A DNA stretch of 64,000 nt from Cyanobacteria bacterium P01_D01_bin.156 (GTDB taxonomy: Bacteria > Cyanobacteriota > Cyanobacteriia > Phormidesmidales > Phormidesmidaceae), in the NCBI GenBank assembly GCA_039024555.1, contig JBCCQQ010000020.1:23645-87644 (forward strand). Direction: 5' to 3'. Made by a program: the position numbers and the translations under genes. Shown here piece after piece: positions 60,993 through 64,000 of the stretch; the stretch's first letter is position 1; each line of letters starts with the position of its first letter. The notes beneath the pieces were generated by a model. The model was given only the letters and a program-made list of their open reading frames with translations. It searched no databases and was not told where the DNA came from.

Positions 60993-63701
60993 ATGAGCAA
61001 CGCCCCTGTAGATATTAATCAGGTCAAACAATCAGCGGCCACCGGTCATTTCCGCTCCATTGCCCTATGGCTTAACTATCCCCTTGTCCCTCAAGGAATA
61101 TATGCCCAGATACAGCCCCACCCTACTCCGGGCTATTTACAGGTTTTACTGGAGTTTGAACGATCTCCCAACAAAGACGCATTAATACGTCTTGTCTGTC
61201 ATCGCATCTGCAGCCTTAATGCCAATGTCATTCGGGGTCTGCAATTGGTAGGTCGTCACATCGGCGCAGAGCAGCCTCTTTGGCAACAGCGCGTACGCCT
61301 CAATCAGCGGCAAGCTCAGCAGCCATCGCCTCAAACTCAGAAAATAGCAGCACCTGAGCTAGCAACAGAGCAACAGCAAGTTACCTCAGAGGCCCCTTCG
61401 TCAGAGCCCCCAAATACAAACTCATCCCACCATGAAACCATCACCACAGTGACCTATGGTGGTGAAACATTAAACACCGTTCCGTCCTATCTCATTCCCA
61501 AAATATCTACGGCACAAGACCGGCGGCGGCGGTCCAAACGCAATGTCACTCAGTCAACCGTAGTGCACATTCGCCCTGCTGATATTTCGTCATCGCCATC
61601 TTCGACCCGACGACGGCGACACAAACGGCAGCTTAATCTGATTCCTCAGGAAGTTTTAGAGCAGCAGTTCAGATATGTACGGGCAATGGTGGTTACTGGT
61701 TCTGCTGCCGCCGCGTTCATTTTAGGCTGTGTTACCGAAGTTTTTATATCTCAGCGTGGGCAGATAGTCCATCAAACTTCCCCCACACTGCCAACTTTGA
61801 ATGAGGGATGGCGTCCCCTCAATGAGGTAGAAGCGCAAGAAATTGCCTATCGCTCTGCGATGCGGAGAACGTCGGTGCCTGCAGCCCTGGAAACAGTAGC
61901 CGTCATCCCCCATGAAGCTACCAACGACCCTGAGGACCCAACGGTGACCCTGGTGTTTGGTGGTGACGTTGCCGTCGGTGAGGTGCCCTTACAAACTCCC
62001 GATGCCATTGGAGAAGTGTTGGGAGATTTAGAGGTTTTCCGTGAAGCTGATGTTGCCATGGTGGGCCTAGGCAATACCCTGGCTAGTGCCGATACCTCTC
62101 TACAGGAATCCTATCTGGAGCGCACTCGGCCAGATGCGGTGGATGCGTTGCAACAAGGAGGGATTGATATTGTCAGTCTCACAGGCGATCGCACCATGGA
62201 CTTTGGCCGCCAAGGATTGACCGAAACCTTGGACTCCCTGGATAGTGCTGGCATTTATCGCGTAGGAGCCGGACGCGATAGTCAAGAAGCCCGTCGTCCA
62301 GAAATTTTAGATATCAAAGGTCAGCGTATTGCCTATTTGAGTTATGCCCCCGAAGGTCGCACCAAAGCTAACCTCAACAAAGCCGGGCTAAATATTCAAG
62401 AACCCGCTGGAATCTTGGAAGATATCTCCGCTCTTCGTCAAGACGTAGATTGGATTGTAGTCAACTATCGCTGGCAAGGGGAACTCACTCCCGACCCTAA
62501 TCAGGAACAGATTGAACTATCCCGCTCGGCCATTGATGCAGGAGCCGATTTAGTCGTTGGCTATCATCCTCAACAGCTCCAGGGAGCGGAGCTTTATAAC
62601 TCCCGGCCCATTGTATATGCCCTCGGAGATTTTATTTTCCAGGACGCACCGCTTGAAGACCACGATACTGCATCGTTGCGGGTGTCTCTACGAGACCAAC
62701 AGATGAAGGTGGAGTTTCTACCGGTTAGTGTGAAGGAAGCGCGCCCTCAAGAAGCCTCAGGCGAAAAGGCTAAAGCTATTCTGCAGCAAATTCGCCAGGC
62801 ATCAAAGCAACTACCGTCACCGCTACAGTTTCCAGCCATCTTAGATGCGACCCCTCGATCAGAACATTTGCCACAGCCAGAGCAGCCTAAAAATACTCCT
62901 GTGAAAACCTTGGGCGAGTTAGAACCTCCCCAAGGTACGGCAGATGGACTCAATTCTTGGCCAAATAGCCCGATTGAGGACAGTGTCAAACCTAACCTTG
63001 ACGATGCAGAAATATTTGATACAGCTCCTATTGAAATACGCCCGATTGAAGCCCCTATCTTCAATACCACTCCTGACAGCAGCAAACCCACGATTACAGA
63101 GAGCCCTCTAGATACTTTCAAGGTACAGCCTAATCAGACCATCGAACTTATCGGTCCCGATAGGTTCGATGAAAGCATTCCTCAAGCCACACCCGCTGAA
63201 CTGCAGGAAAAGCCCGTTGAGACAGCACCTGTTGATGAACTCAGGACTACGCCACCTAAATTTTCACCAGAGCCCCTCCCCTCTGAGCCAGTAGATGAAA
63301 CGGATACGGACTCATTTATTGAGTCAGAAGACGTTAACATTACTCCTGACACAACGGACATAAACGTCGTCTCACCTAAAGAACAACGCTTACCAGGCTA
63401 TGACTCTCTGGATGACTGGGGCGAAAAAGAATCCCCCCACAAAGAGTTCAACCCCATTCACGACAACTTAAACAGTCTGACAGCCCCTGAGAGCAACAAT
63501 ACCTCGAACCTATCAGCAACCCAAACAGAAGAAGAAATAGGCTATCAAGAGGCCTCTAAGGAAAAAGATGTCATGAAATCAGATGACGCCCTCAGAAGAC
63601 AGCCTGCGGACTCAATTTCTCCCCATGATGAGCCCTTGGTGGGTCCTTTAAGTTACCAAGCAGAGCCAACTGACAACCAATCCGTATCCGATTTATCCTA
63701 G
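60993..63701 (+). CDS. CapA (PGA_cap) family protein with degenerate metallophosphatase motifs and a long acidic Pro-rich tail
   Basis: TLVFGGDV, GIDIVSL, GAGRDS.EARRP, AIDAGADLVVG.HP..LQG.E.Y..PIVY.LG.FIF. Confidence 0.8.
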   Translation: MSNAPVDINQVKQSAATGHFRSIALWLNYPLVPQGIYAQIQPHPTPGYLQVLLEFERSPNKDALIRLVCHRICSLNANVIRGLQLVGRHIGAEQPLWQQRVRLNQRQAQQPSPQTQKIAAPELATEQQQVTSEAPSSEPPNTNSSHHETITTVTYGGETLNTVPSYLIPKISTAQDRRRRSKRNVTQSTVVHIRPADISSSPSSTRRRRHKRQLNLIPQEVLEQQFRYVRAMVVTGSAAAAFILGCVTEVFISQRGQIVHQTSPTLPTLNEGWRPLNEVEAQEIAYRSAMRRTSVPAALETVAVIPHEATNDPEDPTVTLVFGGDVAVGEVPLQTPDAIGEVLGDLEVFREADVAMVGLGNTLASADTSLQESYLERTRPDAVDALQQGGIDIVSLTGDRTMDFGRQGLTETLDSLDSAGIYRVGAGRDSQEARRPEILDIKGQRIAYLSYAPEGRTKANLNKAGLNIQEPAGILEDISALRQDVDWIVVNYRWQGELTPDPNQEQIELSRSAIDAGADLVVGYHPQQLQGAELYNSRPIVYALGDFIFQDAPLEDHDTASLRVSLRDQQMKVEFLPVSVKEARPQEASGEKAKAILQQIRQASKQLPSPLQFPAILDATPRSEHLPQPEQPKNTPVKTLGELEPPQGTADGLNSWPNSPIEDSVKPNLDDAEIFDTAPIEIRPIEAPIFNTTPDSSKPTITESPLDTFKVQPNQTIELIGPDRFDESIPQATPAELQEKPVETAPVDELRTTPPKFSPEPLPSEPVDETDTDSFIESEDVNITPDTTDINVVSPKEQRLPGYDSLDDWGEKESPHKEFNPIHDNLNSLTAPESNNTSNLSATQTEEEIGYQEASKEKDVMKSDDALRRQPADSISPHDEPLVGPLSYQAEPTDNQSVSDLS

Positions 63702-64000
63702 GGCCTAGTATCTGCTTGCCAAGGGAACTTCACCCCCAAAACATCACAGCTCTCAGTAGAAATAGGCACTATACCCGTAAGCATGTAGCTTTTATTTCAG
63801 AGCCCACATGCTTAAAGAATCTACTAAAACCCTGTTGAAACAAAAGCATTTTCCAAGAACCTTGATTCATAAGGCTCTTGGGGTTTTTTCGAGGTTGCCT
63901 ATCCGCCCAAACAGTACACTTGAACTCAGTATTTTCACTATATTTGGATACAAGGGGTTCACCACATCGAAAAAGATTCAGGTATACTTTGTTTTTTCAC

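Noticed and set aside
9693..62192. Recurrent GCGATCGC octamer as a novel repeat
   Set aside because: This is the well-known cyanobacterial HIP1 sequence; used only as a taxonomic and foreign-DNA indicator
1..64000. CRISPR array / cas genes
   Set aside because: No regularly spaced 25-40 bp repeats with unique spacers and no Cas motifs were seen

Overview
Chromosomal window from a cyanobacterium, judged by frequent HIP1 octamers (GCGATCGC) and cyanobacterial marker genes (dgdA, ycf21, fraH-like, DUF2605/DUF2973); a filamentous Leptolyngbya-like strain is inferred, not shown. 1-13.7 kb: AT-rich Wzy-dependent exopolysaccharide cluster (wzc-wza-wzx-GT2-wzy-GT2-GT2-sulfotransferase) converging on a GH9 glycoside hydrolase, with a decayed IS1634-like fragment between them. 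14.6-36.9 kb: mostly core genes, namely ABC exporter, LRAT/PspA-like fusion, two FHA proteins, pgl, recO, MFS, dgdA, a TIGR04282/TIGR04283/DUF547/GT2-GT-C set, a dynamin-like GTPase and a Gld-type ABC operon. 36.9-43.2 kb: candidate defence islet (VapBC, a 1410-aa STAND-type ATPase with a C-terminal PD-(D/E)XK-like domain, Uma2 and a further PD-(D/E)XK protein). 43-64 kb: tlyA, SulP-USP, peptide ABC permeases, aspC, argJ, accC, tRNA-Leu(GAG), ycf21, trmJ, a PBP-A-like serine hydrolase and a degenerate CapA protein. Non-coding signals: a 91-bp MITE-like repeat in three copies, a candidate sRNA/leader upstream of aspC, a hairpin-rich leader before sulP and tandem CRP boxes. No CRISPR array or rRNA was seen. 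All family assignments come from motif recognition by eye; no database searches were run.
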